DNA from: Nitrospirota bacterium
GTDB lineage: Bacteria > Nitrospirota > UBA9217
Reading direction: 5' to 3'
Assembly: GCA_963796285.1 (NCBI GenBank)
Contig: CAWCKW010000012.1
Coordinates: 832,001 to 896,000 of the forward strand
Length of the DNA stretch: 64,000 nucleotides
The notes under the pieces were generated by a model. That model saw only the letters and a program-made list of their open reading frames with translations. It was not told the origin of the DNA and searched no databases. This document shows, piece after piece, positions 1-9,959 of this stretch; the stretch's first letter is position 1, and every line of letters begins with the position of its first letter. The position numbers and the translations under genes were made by a program.

Positions 1-1378
1 AGATTTTATTAATGTATGGACCGGGCGTTGTCTCGAGTACGGCAACATCATGCTCAACAGGTCTCTCGTACTGCCTTGTCGAATATTGTTTGTCAACAAA
101 GGGAGATTGTCGTAAATCATCATAGAGTTGTAAATAACGTCTTGCCTGAGTTTCGAGGGTATATTTTTCAACAGCAATTGTTCGGCAGTTTCTGCTCATA
201 AATTCACGTTTTTGCCTATCAAGCGTCAGGGATACGATCGCATTACCTAAAGCGCGCGTATCTCCTGATGGCACGATCAAACCGGTATGCTCATTGATGA
301 TAACATCCGGCATGCCTCCAATATTGAACGCGACCACGGGAATACCGCAACTCATTGACTCCAGCATTGTGTTCGGTAAATTATCTTCTAGTGAGGGCAA
401 TATAAAGATGTCGGCAGCACAATAAGCACTCCGTATATTTTCATCAGTTTCCAAGAAACCAAGCGGTATCATATGCAAACCTGACGATTCAAGTTCTTTT
501 GCGGGATGACCGAAACACATTACGGATATTTTTCGATCTCGAGCCATGCTAGCGAAGTCTTCATATTCCATGCATATTTGTATTGCAGACAGCAATTCCT
601 TAAATCCTTTTCTTTTTTCGCTGCCGTTTTCGCTGCCAAAGAGCAAGATCAACCCATCTTCATGCAATCCCATCTTAATTCTTGCAGCATTTTTGTCAAG
701 GGGTCTGAAAACGTCAGTTTCCAAAGAATTCGGAATAGTTTCTACCCGGTGCCTGCGAAATATTGTGCTTTTCCGGGCACAATCGGCAAGCCATTGGCTG
801 GGAGAGACAATCGTAATCTGCGCATCTTCAAAATAATGAATTTTGTCTTGCAACAGAGAGGAAATAAGACCGGCTGCATCGTCCAAAAGCTGCGGACACC
901 GGGAACAGTTGCTTCTATATTTCGTGCATCCTGCCGAGTAATGACAACCGCCGGTAAAAGGCCACTGATCGTGCAATGTCCATACGACGGGTTTGCCCAA
1001 CGATGCCAAATAAGCGATAGTATGGGGAGATTGAAAGCCGATGATCCAGTGTAAATTTATAATATCAGCCTCTTGAACCAGACTGAGACCAGACACGTCG
1101 TAGCCCATAGAGGCGAAAGAAAAAAGCGTATTACTCATTGTCGTTCTATGTCTGTTAATGTAATATTCCTGAACAAAATCTGAGAGTAGAAAGCTATCCG
1201 GCTCCTTTCGTTCAGGAACTTGAACATTGATTTGATGAATATAATTCTCGGCGGACGCTTTATGCTTCACCAGCATTTCACAATTCTCGCCGATGCTTCT
1301 CAACCCTTTAGCAAGACGGTAGCACGCCTTTGCGGCCCCTCCTTGTGCATCTTCTGTGGACAGCTGAATTATTTTCAT
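1..1378 (-). CDS. Glycosyltransferase family 4, 3' end runs off the window
   Basis: Not in the ORF track. Hand translation from ATG at 1378 gives MKIIQLSTEDAQGGAAKACYRL...ADIINLHW...PSLEDNLPNTMLESMSCGIPVVAFNIGGMPDVI, with the GT4 E-x7-E motif. Paralog of 4096..5502. Confidence 0.85.
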   Translation of the reverse strand, partial: MKIIQLSTEDAQGGAAKACYRLAKGLRSIGENCEMLVKHKASAENYIHQINVQVPERKEPDSFLLSDFVQEYYINRHRTTMSNTLFSFASMGYDVSGLSLVQEADIINLHWIIGFQSPHTIAYLASLGKPVVWTLHDQWPFTGGCHYSAGCTKYRSNCSRCPQLLDDAAGLISSLLQDKIHYFEDAQITIVSPSQWLADCARKSTIFRRHRVETIPNSLETDVFRPLDKNAARIKMGLHEDGLILLFGSENGSEKRKGFKELLSAIQICMEYEDFASMARDRKISVMCFGHPAKELESSGLHMIPLGFLETDENIRSAYCAADIFILPSLEDNLPNTMLESMSCGIPVVAFNIGGMPDVIINEHTGLIVPSGDTRALGNAIVSLTLDRQKREFMSRNCRTIAVEKYTLETQARRYLQLYDDLRQSPFVDKQYSTRQYERPVEHDVAVLETTPGPYINKI

Positions 1379-1574
1379 GGTTAATTTTTTTCGATCTAAT
1401 CCCCAGCGTTAAATAACCACGGGACTGGCATTCTTAATTTTATATTAAAAAATAACAATCCAATGGGACGCCTTGTGACATCAAGAACATCGAGAACCGG
1501 TTTTAAACCTTATACATAAAAGCAGCCGTTCACTGAACGTCGCATGATCGAGTTGTGATTGCGGTGTTTTCATT

Positions 1575-2588
1575 TTATTTCTCGAGTCCTAACGCTCGTG
1601 CATCCGGTTTTCTGTTCCGGGCAAGCTTTTTTACAGGATCAAGGCCTTTGATGAGCTGTATCAGCTGCGCTGTTCGCTTCGTCATCCCCTGTTTGTTGAG
1701 ATGGTAGAATGAATTATAAAATAAGTCTTTGTCATAAAAAAACATATACGGATTGCCGAGAACTGATATATTATTCCGCACAAAATAGTTGTTCAATGTC
1801 TCAAAATAATACTTGTAGTACGGTTTTTCATATTCCGCATTATAAACGGTATTTGGATAGCTCACATAGAGCGTGACATTGTTCCGTTTGCACCATTCAC
1901 TAAATTCCTTAACCATTGTGAGACCCGGTCTCGGTTTGGGTTCGCCGATCGGCATAGCAATGGGAAGTGAAACGAAATCCTCTTTCCCGTCGTTGCTCGT
2001 TGCATCTCCATTTTCATTCAAACCCAAGGAGGTATAAACTCCGCCTCGTTCCACAGGGGGGTTCCGATTATTTAAATATTTCCGTTCCCGCATCGCGGTA
2101 ATGATCTGGTCCCGATTAACGGACAATAGGTATCGCATGACGGTCAGTGGGGAAGTATGGAACAAGTAATTTCTGTCGTAGGTAAACAGATATTCCAGCT
2201 TGATCGTATCGGGGACTTCGTTATACGAATATAATTCATACTCAAACGGCAGAATGATGATATCGCCCGGTTTTAAAGATTGCTTAACTCGAAATAGGAT
2301 GTAATCCGTATCAAGTGCGACACAAACGGCCATGTTCACTACGGGGATCTTGAGCTCTTTCTGGATATCCTTGGTCCTGATCCCGAAGTGACTAGCGCTG
2401 CCGCCGAGAATGACAATCTTATTCCCCACAATATTCTTCGCGATGGATTCTTTAACGTTCATAAAATCATCGATCCAAAGAGTCGTCTTAGGAGTTCTGA
2501 AATAAAACGCCACGAGGACCATATAGGCTAAAATAAGAGCAATGGTGAATGATACTGTAATATAAAACCACTTCTTTGATTTTTTCAT
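1575..2588 (-). CDS. Membrane-anchored SGNH-like protein, probable periplasmic O-acyltransferase partner of the MBOAT
   Basis: N-terminal TM helix, KIVILGGSAS block, PVVNMAV, C-terminal FYHLNKQG His motif; 9 bp downstream of the MBOAT gene. Confidence 0.6.
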   Translation of the reverse strand: MKKSKKWFYITVSFTIALILAYMVLVAFYFRTPKTTLWIDDFMNVKESIAKNIVGNKIVILGGSASHFGIRTKDIQKELKIPVVNMAVCVALDTDYILFRVKQSLKPGDIIILPFEYELYSYNEVPDTIKLEYLFTYDRNYLFHTSPLTVMRYLLSVNRDQIITAMRERKYLNNRNPPVERGGVYTSLGLNENGDATSNDGKEDFVSLPIAMPIGEPKPRPGLTMVKEFSEWCKRNNVTLYVSYPNTVYNAEYEKPYYKYYFETLNNYFVRNNISVLGNPYMFFYDKDLFYNSFYHLNKQGMTKRTAQLIQLIKGLDPVKKLARNRKPDARALGLEK

Positions 2589-2597
2589 GGCGACAGT

Positions 2598-4052
2598 TCA
2601 AAATGTGAAATAAATAAAATGGGACGTTGCTGAAAACATAGACAATAATGATACGACAAGCAGTATCGATACTGCAACGGCAAATCCGGCAGATGGCCGG
2701 AATTGGGACTCCAACTCGTCCGAATTTTTTCCAAGACTGGCAAACAGCAAATAGGCGACAATCATAACGATCATAATAACATTCCCGTTGATATTTTGCA
2801 GCCATAATAATGAGTGAGCGGTATAATGCTGGAAAAAAACGAGGTCGGTTTTGATTGATGCGATATTCACCCCTCTCATTCCCATCATTCCTTTCAGAAG
2901 GGAAAAAGCATCGGTGAAACTATTTGCCCTAAAAAATATCCAGGTAATATTGACGAAATTAAAGGTAATGAACCATCCGACGACGTTATTCAGTGCAAGG
3001 CCGTACTTCAGCCACAACCGGTGCACGATGATGGCAAGCCCATGCAGTGCCCCCCAAACAAGAAAGGTCCAGCCAGCTCCGTGCCAGATCCCTCCAAGCA
3101 GAAAAGTAACCAGCAAATTTGACAGTGTTCTCCCTTCGGAACGCCGGTTGCCGCCAAGAGGAATATACACGTATTCCCTCAGAAATCGGCTCAACGTTAT
3201 ATGCCATCGTCTCCAGAAGTCCTGAATATCGCTTGCCCGGTAGGGGCTGTTAAAGTTGGCTGGCAACCGGATGTTGAAAAACAGGGCTGCTCCGATAGCC
3301 ATATCGGTATAGCCAGAAAAATCGTAGTATAACTGCAATGAGTAGGATAGCGACGTCGCCCATGACTCCAGGAAGTTCAACGCCGACGGATTGTTGAATC
3401 CGGCATTTGCCCATACTGCAAATGAGTCGGCGATCATAACTTTTTTAAACAGGCCGATCGCGAACAGCAATAAACCGCGCGACAAATTATCATAATTTAT
3501 TATTTTACTTCTCAAACTATCGAACTGTGGCATCATTTCTTTGTGGTGGATAATAGGACCTGCAAGTAAATGGGGGAAAAATGTAACGAACAGTGCGTAA
3601 TTGATAAAATCATACTCCTGAACTTGGTTCCTATAGGCATCAACGAGAAACGCTATTTGCGTAAAGGTAAAGAAGCTTATTCCGAGCGGCAGGGACATAG
3701 CTACCAGTTTTAGATGCAGATCGGCAATGCTATTGATGTTTGATATAATAAAATTATAGTATTTATAGTAGGCTAAAGTGGAAAGATTAACGGCTATTCC
3801 CGACAAAAGAATTATTTTTTTCATCCTGCTAGCTTTTATTTTGGCCAACATGACTCCGGCTGCAAAATTAACAAGTATACTGCCTGCGATAATGAGCAAA
3901 TCAGCAGCATTCCACCAGCCATAAAAAAAGAGTGAAACTAAAATCAGCCATATTTTTGAACCGGTCGTCAACTTCGCCTTACTTAAGAAAAAGAAAACAA
4001 CTACTGCGACCGGCAGAAATATAACTATAAAAAAGTACGAATTGAAAAGCAT
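2598..4052 (-). CDS. MBOAT family O-acyltransferase (AlgI/DltB-like)
   Basis: MLFNS start, LPLGISFFTF, YYDFSGYTDMAIG, DFWRRWHITLS, GIWHGAGWTF catalytic His motif. Confidence 0.93.
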   Translation of the reverse strand: MLFNSYFFIVIFLPVAVVVFFFLSKAKLTTGSKIWLILVSLFFYGWWNAADLLIIAGSILVNFAAGVMLAKIKASRMKKIILLSGIAVNLSTLAYYKYYNFIISNINSIADLHLKLVAMSLPLGISFFTFTQIAFLVDAYRNQVQEYDFINYALFVTFFPHLLAGPIIHHKEMMPQFDSLRSKIINYDNLSRGLLLFAIGLFKKVMIADSFAVWANAGFNNPSALNFLESWATSLSYSLQLYYDFSGYTDMAIGAALFFNIRLPANFNSPYRASDIQDFWRRWHITLSRFLREYVYIPLGGNRRSEGRTLSNLLVTFLLGGIWHGAGWTFLVWGALHGLAIIVHRLWLKYGLALNNVVGWFITFNFVNITWIFFRANSFTDAFSLLKGMMGMRGVNIASIKTDLVFFQHYTAHSLLWLQNINGNVIMIVMIVAYLLFASLGKNSDELESQFRPSAGFAVAVSILLVVSLLSMFSATSHFIYFTF

Positions 4053-4095
4053 GAAAACTCCTTGAAGCGCTTGCGCTCAAATAACAACCGGTGAA

Positions 4096-5502
4096 TTAAC
4101 GATCCAGTCCCATCTTATTTCTTCTTTGCTTCGCGAATCGAAGCACATCTTCATAAACCGTCTTAACCGACGTGCCGTATGCTCCGTCATGCTTTACGAC
4201 AGTAGACGTCCGCGAGGGACGACTTTTCAATAGATCGTCATACAATTTAATGTAGTTTTGCGCTTGATCCTCAAGCCTGAACTTATTCCGAATGAACGAG
4301 CTGCACTGTTCACTCATCGTTCTGCGTATCGTCGAATTAAATGCCAATTCCAGAATAGCTCTTCCAAAACCGATGTCATCCTTCAATGGGATAAGCTTGC
4401 CATTCACGTCGCTGGTTATTACGTCAGGCATCCCTCCGACGTCAAATGAAATAACCGGTGTTCCACAGGCCATTGCTTCGATCATCGTATTCGGCAAATT
4501 GTCTTCCAATGAAGGCAGAACAAACATATCGGAGGCATTATAAATCCGTGCCATGTCACTATCGTCTTCAACGTAGCCCATGTCCAAAAACGGAATAGGC
4601 AATTCCTTTATTGATGCATCCGCCTTACCGACACAAATGATCACAACCTTATTCGTATCAGCAAGTTTTTTAAACTCTTTATCTTTAATACAATATGAAA
4701 GGGCTGATATAAGATTCTTTAAGCCCTTTCGTTTTTCCCTGGCATCGGCTGTGCCGAACATGATAGTAATCGTATCAGTATCAATACCAAGTCTTTTTTT
4801 AGCGGCTATTTTTTCAACAGGGTAATAAATGTCCGGTTCTATGGAGTTCGGAACGACTTCGATGCGATTGGTTTTGAAAAGGTTGCTTTCCCTAGCTTCT
4901 TTTGCAAGCCATGAACTTGGTGTCACAACAGTTAAATCAGCGCCTTTAAATAACTCTATTTTATCCTTGAGAACGGCTGTCGGCAAGCCGAAAGGGTCAT
5001 CTTGAAGTTGGGGACAATCGCGGCATAAATCCTGATAGTTTATGCAACCAGCCGAATAATGACATCCGCCAGTAAAGGGTTTTTGATCGTGCAACGTCCA
5101 GACAACCGGCTTGTTCAGTGCAAAGATAGCGTTCAACGATATTGGTGACAAAAAATCTTCTGTCCAATGCAAATTCAGAATATCAGCATCTCGCAGCAGC
5201 TGCGATTTTGAGAGATCATAACCAGGATAGGAAAAGCTGAAATAGGTGTTGGATATCCCGGTCCTGTTGAACCAAATATAATATTTATTGATCAGATGGT
5301 CGTTCTTGAGCTTCTCTACGTAATCAATGTCCGATTCTGCAATAATAATCGTTGGATCGGAAGATATTATTTCTTTTACCAGATATCGTGAATATTGCCC
5401 GATATGCAAAAGGCCCTTATGAAGCCTGTACGCCGCCTTGCCTGCACCGCCGGCGATCCCATACGTATTGATCTGTAATATTGAATGCTTATGCCTATTC
5501 AT
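4096..5502 (-). CDS. Glycosyltransferase family 4
   Basis: GGAGKAAYRLH, NLHW, WTLHD, PSLEDNLPNTMIEAMACGTPV. Confidence 0.92.
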   Translation of the reverse strand: MNRHKHSILQINTYGIAGGAGKAAYRLHKGLLHIGQYSRYLVKEIISSDPTIIIAESDIDYVEKLKNDHLINKYYIWFNRTGISNTYFSFSYPGYDLSKSQLLRDADILNLHWTEDFLSPISLNAIFALNKPVVWTLHDQKPFTGGCHYSAGCINYQDLCRDCPQLQDDPFGLPTAVLKDKIELFKGADLTVVTPSSWLAKEARESNLFKTNRIEVVPNSIEPDIYYPVEKIAAKKRLGIDTDTITIMFGTADAREKRKGLKNLISALSYCIKDKEFKKLADTNKVVIICVGKADASIKELPIPFLDMGYVEDDSDMARIYNASDMFVLPSLEDNLPNTMIEAMACGTPVISFDVGGMPDVITSDVNGKLIPLKDDIGFGRAILELAFNSTIRRTMSEQCSSFIRNKFRLEDQAQNYIKLYDDLLKSRPSRTSTVVKHDGAYGTSVKTVYEDVLRFAKQRRNKMGLDR

Positions 5503-5574
5503 ATCTGAGTTGAATAACGTTCCAATACTATCGGCGATCTTCGCTGATTCTTTCTACAAAATACATGTCATTCG

Positions 5575-6156
5575 CTATGTCTTCAGATCTTCGCACGCGA
5601 AGACCATCGCTTCAACATCGTTTTTAAATGGTGCTTGCCCTGCCTCAGGGGAGCGGTAATCCGCCAACTTAAAGTAGACTCATGATGTAAGAGCTTTTTC
5701 TTCGAGGGTCTGGTGTTCAAGCAACGCATGAAGCAGAACTACATCTATCTTCTCATGAAGAAATTTGCTTATAATATCGGTGATGATTTTTTCCGGTTCG
5801 GCAAGGATAAAATCGGCATTTTTTATATTAAGCATATTAACCCGTGCAATAGCAGCTGCGATGGATGTTTCATGAATATCATATCCATACACTTATTTCG
5901 TAAATTGAGCAAACGCAGCAGAAATAGATCCGGACCCGTAGCCTATTTCAAGAATTGTTTTTCCATCCAATTCAAAACATCCCCTCACCCAGGGTATCGT
6001 ACAATTCATGGCGTGAAGGTACCTTCTAACTAAATGTTCCTCTAGCTCGTTTTGGCCGTCAGCCGAATCTAGATATTCTTTGCTGTAAAATTTGAAATTA
6101 GTTTTCAGGAATTCATTTTTTAGGCGTTTATAGGTGTCTGGGTCTATGTCAATCAA
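5575..6156 (-). pseudogene. Class I SAM methyltransferase pseudogene
   Basis: ILEIGYGSGS motif I; in-frame TAA at 5893-5895 followed by VYGYDI...ALLEH in the same frame; further lesions near 5680 (decayed SWSLLKVGG) and no C-terminal half. Confidence 0.75.
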
Positions 6157-6947
6157 GGTTCCCTCACGGAACTTGGAGTACCTTCATCGTTTTTGAATAC
6201 AAAATACCATCCACTTGCCAACCATAGAGGCGAGAGATCGGCCAGTGCAAGATCGATCCCGGCGACAATGCCGTTCTTGGAAGCGCAGTAGCTCAAGCCG
6301 CTCAGAACGTCCGATTTGGCAAAACTGACAAGGAAAAGGTCGTGTTCATTAAGCATCCGGGTGAACGATCCGAACGAAAAGAATTGCACATGGTGATGAC
6401 CGCACTCCTTGTCCTTTGTTGTGTTTAATTTCGCCAGTTTCAGAAACTTGTTTTTGAGCTCCCACGGACCGTACCCGTTCGGGACAGTGGCGATCAAGAT
6501 GCCCCGAGGTGCAAGATGGGTTCTCAATTTACTTACGATGTCGGCAGGTTGATCGGTGTGCTCCAGCACTTCCGAGATAACAATGACGTCATATTTCACA
6601 TCATTCGCGTCGAATGTGTATGCATCGTCTCTGTTGACAGTGATGTTGGTGATCCCTCGTTCAGCGATGGATCGCTTCACCCCGTGCACGAGGTTTTCGT
6701 CGAGATCGAATGCTCGCACGGTCCCACCAAGCCGTGACAGCGGAAGAGTGATCGAACCGTCGCCACAGCCTACCTCAAGGATCTTCAGCGCCGCCGGATC
6801 GACAGCTCTATCGGCAGCATAGGCACAGACGGCATCATAGATAAAGCGCAGCTTCTTGATGTCGACCTTGCGCTCATATTTGCTGAGAGACCTGAATTGT
6901 GCGAAATCGACCATGATGGAGCGTTCCTTTCGGGTCTGTTCATTCAT
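6153..6947 (-). CDS. Class I SAM-dependent methyltransferase
   Basis: ILEVGCGDG, YDVIVISEVLEH, LAPRGILIATVPN. Confidence 0.88.
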   Translation of the reverse strand: MNEQTRKERSIMVDFAQFRSLSKYERKVDIKKLRFIYDAVCAYAADRAVDPAALKILEVGCGDGSITLPLSRLGGTVRAFDLDENLVHGVKRSIAERGITNITVNRDDAYTFDANDVKYDVIVISEVLEHTDQPADIVSKLRTHLAPRGILIATVPNGYGPWELKNKFLKLAKLNTTKDKECGHHHVQFFSFGSFTRMLNEHDLFLVSFAKSDVLSGLSYCASKNGIVAGIDLALADLSPLWLASGWYFVFKNDEGTPSSVREP

Positions 6948-7948
6948 TGCTTTACGATCATACCCTGAGTGCCTCCTACACGGATGATCTTCTCTTTCTT
7001 ATCGAGGAAGAAGGCATTAGCAAGCGGTATCCCGTGGTTGTGGAAGCAGCCATGGTTGTAGTTGTCGATCAGGATGATCCCTCCGGCAGGGACTTTGGGA
7101 TAGATATATTCCATGATGTCCGGGAGAGCGTAAAAATCAATGAACGCAAAGGCAATGCGCTTGATCGGGCTGTCTTCGAATACTCCTGGAGCGTGGCCCT
7201 TCATTAACTTCACGAACGGGAAACGGGCAAGATTTTTAGAAACAACCTCGTAGCTCAAGTTCGGGATATAGTCCTGGGGGTCAAAACCGTCGCAGGAGTA
7301 TATCGTCTTGTTGATGGCGTACGCCTCCAAAATGCTTGCCATATAATAAGTACTGCCCCCTTCTCCGGTGCCGACCTCCAAGACATCACCTTCCACGTCC
7401 GCAGTCGTTTTGATGCAATCGATCAGCCGGATTATGCTGTCCGAAGGGATCGTACATGCCATGGGCAATGAACGCTTAATGGATAAATAATCATAATCAA
7501 ACACCTCGGGATTATTGCTGTAGGAGATATTCCCGAGCTCATAGTTGTACCGTATCCTGAACTTCCACACCCCTTCCACGGTCAGCGCACGTGCCGGTCG
7601 AAGGATCTCGAAATATAGAAGATCGAGATAGACATATTGAAAGTTTATGTCCGTTATAATGATCGGATCCGTTGCCTGAGTCTTGTAGTCGGAAAAGCTG
7701 ATGATGGGGACATTGCCAATTTTTTGCCCACGCTTGGCCGGGTTCAGGTCGACGATGGCCTTGTAAGCTCCTGGTAATTTTTTGATAAGTTTTTCTGCAG
7801 CCCGGCTGTGCCCGAATAGATAGATGTCTTTCCCGAGTTCCTTGGTCCATTCTATGAATTTGTCCATGAACAGGTCGGATTTGTCTTCATGTACCGGCTT
7901 GTTAGCGTAAGAGCCAAGTAATCGGTCAGTAAGAATATCAAGGTACAT
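6944..7948 (-). CDS. TylF/MycF-like O-methyltransferase with an extra N-terminal Rossmann-like domain
   Basis: GDVLEVGTGEGGS, YSCDGF, IAFAFID, GGIILIDNY; N-terminal IYLFG...IVDLNPAKRG...VPIIS module. Confidence 0.75.
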   Translation of the reverse strand: MYLDILTDRLLGSYANKPVHEDKSDLFMDKFIEWTKELGKDIYLFGHSRAAEKLIKKLPGAYKAIVDLNPAKRGQKIGNVPIISFSDYKTQATDPIIITDINFQYVYLDLLYFEILRPARALTVEGVWKFRIRYNYELGNISYSNNPEVFDYDYLSIKRSLPMACTIPSDSIIRLIDCIKTTADVEGDVLEVGTGEGGSTYYMASILEAYAINKTIYSCDGFDPQDYIPNLSYEVVSKNLARFPFVKLMKGHAPGVFEDSPIKRIAFAFIDFYALPDIMEYIYPKVPAGGIILIDNYNHGCFHNHGIPLANAFFLDKKEKIIRVGGTQGMIVKQ

Positions 7949-7968
7949 AGTTTATTCCCTTCCTCTTT

Positions 7969-8814
7969 TTAGGGACGTTTTAAAATACGGGTCTTCAGCT
8001 GTTTCAGTATCCCTGCACGCTTGCTCGGTACGCCTGGTTTACGCATACATGCTACAAACTGCCAATATCCCAGAGAAGGATCAAAACGATTCATGTCGCG
8101 AATGCTTATGATCTCATAATCGAACTGCGGCACAGCCTTCATCAGTCTCTCCACAAATGTTTCCGGCGTGTAATAGCGCGCAAACGGAATCTTCCACGGC
8201 TGTGCGCTCACCAGAACCGCCTCTGGATCAAAGTTAACCGCAGAAAGATCCAGATCGGGATCCGCCATGTTTACTACAACGGTTGATATGAATAACGGGA
8301 CAATGCACATGCGGCCACCGGGTTTCAGCAGTCGGTATGCCTCTTTCAAGAAAAGCGAGTCTCTATTCTCTTCGAAATGTTCAATAGAGTTGTTAACCGC
8401 GATCAGGTCGATACTGTCATCCGCCAAGGGAATATGCGTACAGTCACTTCCAATGAGGTCTCCATGTATTCCTGGTTCAAAACACATGTCCTGCATATAG
8501 ACTTTCACATTGGAAATCTTTCGGACAATTTTCGAAAAGGGAGACCAATGGCTGGCAGCGTCGACCATAACTTCGCCTTTTTTTGGCTTCAAAAAATGTA
8601 CACTCAAAAAATGTTCGAGCCACTTGTCTGCGATAATACCCCGATAATACTTGACCCACTCGGCATCCTTCATCAGGATCTCTTTAAATGAATTTGCTTC
8701 TGCTGAAAGTGATTCCGAAGACAGTGTCTTCAACGGAATGGTTTGCTTCTGAATACGCTGCTCAATCTCTTCCGGATCAAAAACAGGCATGGAAGAATAA
8801 ACTCGCTCTGTCAT
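7969..8814 (-). CDS. SAM-dependent methyltransferase (Methyltransf_11-like)
   Basis: DCTHIPLADDSIDLIAVNNSIEHF, EAYRLLKPGGRM. Confidence 0.8.
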   Translation of the reverse strand: MTERVYSSMPVFDPEEIEQRIQKQTIPLKTLSSESLSAEANSFKEILMKDAEWVKYYRGIIADKWLEHFLSVHFLKPKKGEVMVDAASHWSPFSKIVRKISNVKVYMQDMCFEPGIHGDLIGSDCTHIPLADDSIDLIAVNNSIEHFEENRDSLFLKEAYRLLKPGGRMCIVPLFISTVVVNMADPDLDLSAVNFDPEAVLVSAQPWKIPFARYYTPETFVERLMKAVPQFDYEIISIRDMNRFDPSLGYWQFVACMRKPGVPSKRAGILKQLKTRILKRP

Positions 8815-8885
8815 AAAAAATACTCACCTTTCTCTTAAGGCTGGTCGCAGATATGGACTGTCGAATCATCGGCCCGCAGTTTGTA

Positions 8886-9959
8886 CTACCGTACGGCAAG
8901 ATCCTTGTAAAGCGATTCATACTGTCTGGCTATCTTCGGCCAGGACAGCTCCAGTGCCCTCTTTCGCGATCGTTCCCCGAGTTGCTGGTTCTGGTCCTCA
9001 TCGAATGCCAAGGAAATAAGACAGTGCCTGAAATCATCGATGTCGTTGTTCTTGACGAAGAAAGCGCCGGCATTCTGTGCATATTCCCTCGTGGCAACCA
9101 GGTCGGTCGTAAGAACCGGCAGTCCGCAGGCCATGCCTTCCAGGATTGCATTGTTCGCGGTGGCATCCTTAAACGGCATGAACAGGAGATTGGCCTGCTG
9201 ATAGAGATCCAGCAGTTCGGGGTCGCTGATGCTCCGATGTATGAATACGTTTTTAAGTTTGTGCTTTAATTGAACGCTTGATACTATATGAAACTCTATG
9301 GATTCCCTGTCGAGAAGGCTTGCCGCGACCATTTCCAGCGCATCATAATCCCGGAGCCAATGGCCGACAGTAACACACTTGAATTTGTTTTTTTTTCTTT
9401 TGGCATAATCCGGCTGATAGTAATCCGTATCGATTCCATGCAGGATGACGGATATTTTATCCTCGTCTACATCATTTGAAAAGAATTCTTTTTGTTCCGA
9501 GGACATTAAAATTATATGGTCCAAGTTCCGGACTATTTCGGGCGATATAATATCCTTGAGCACGCTTTTGGTCTGGTGGAACATCGCAACGACTGCTGGT
9601 TTTTCCTTTTTTGTCGATAAGGAGCTTTTGAGCAAACCGGGCAGGTAGTGCAGTGAATGTTCAGGGTCTAAATACTGGATAACATCAATTTTCTCGACCC
9701 ATGTTTTTCTTAATACGGACAGTTCGGCGTAAAAATCGTTGAGATCATAGATATAATTCTTTTTCTTTTTGAGGTTGAGAATTTTTTTTAGTACTTTTTT
9801 AATGAGCTTTATCTGTACAGGAAAGGTGTCGTCGCCCATGGTAACGAGTTGCTCGGAAACGGAAAAGGATCGTTTGTCAAGGTATTTCAAGTACTGCACA
9901 ATGCCTGACTGGGAGGCCCATTGCGGATAATGTGTTCTGATGGCTAAGATGTTTATCAA
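8886..9959 (-). CDS. Glycosyltransferase family 4
   Basis: ILHGIDTDYY, ANNAILEGMACGLPV, SWPKIARQY. Confidence 0.9.
   Translation of the reverse strand: MINILAIRTHYPQWASQSGIVQYLKYLDKRSFSVSEQLVTMGDDTFPVQIKLIKKVLKKILNLKKKKNYIYDLNDFYAELSVLRKTWVEKIDVIQYLDPEHSLHYLPGLLKSSLSTKKEKPAVVAMFHQTKSVLKDIISPEIVRNLDHIILMSSEQKEFFSNDVDEDKISVILHGIDTDYYQPDYAKRKKNKFKCVTVGHWLRDYDALEMVAASLLDRESIEFHIVSSVQLKHKLKNVFIHRSISDPELLDLYQQANLLFMPFKDATANNAILEGMACGLPVLTTDLVATREYAQNAGAFFVKNNDIDDFRHCLISLAFDEDQNQQLGERSRKRALELSWPKIARQYESLYKDLAVR

Noticed and set aside
506-1054. 182-aa plus-strand ORF
   Set aside because: Antisense shadow of the GT4 on the minus strand, which the ORF track missed
5680-5895. Stop-codon readthrough (Sec/Pyl) in the methyltransferase
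   Set aside because: The first stop is TAA, and the TGA arises from a frameshifted Trp codon
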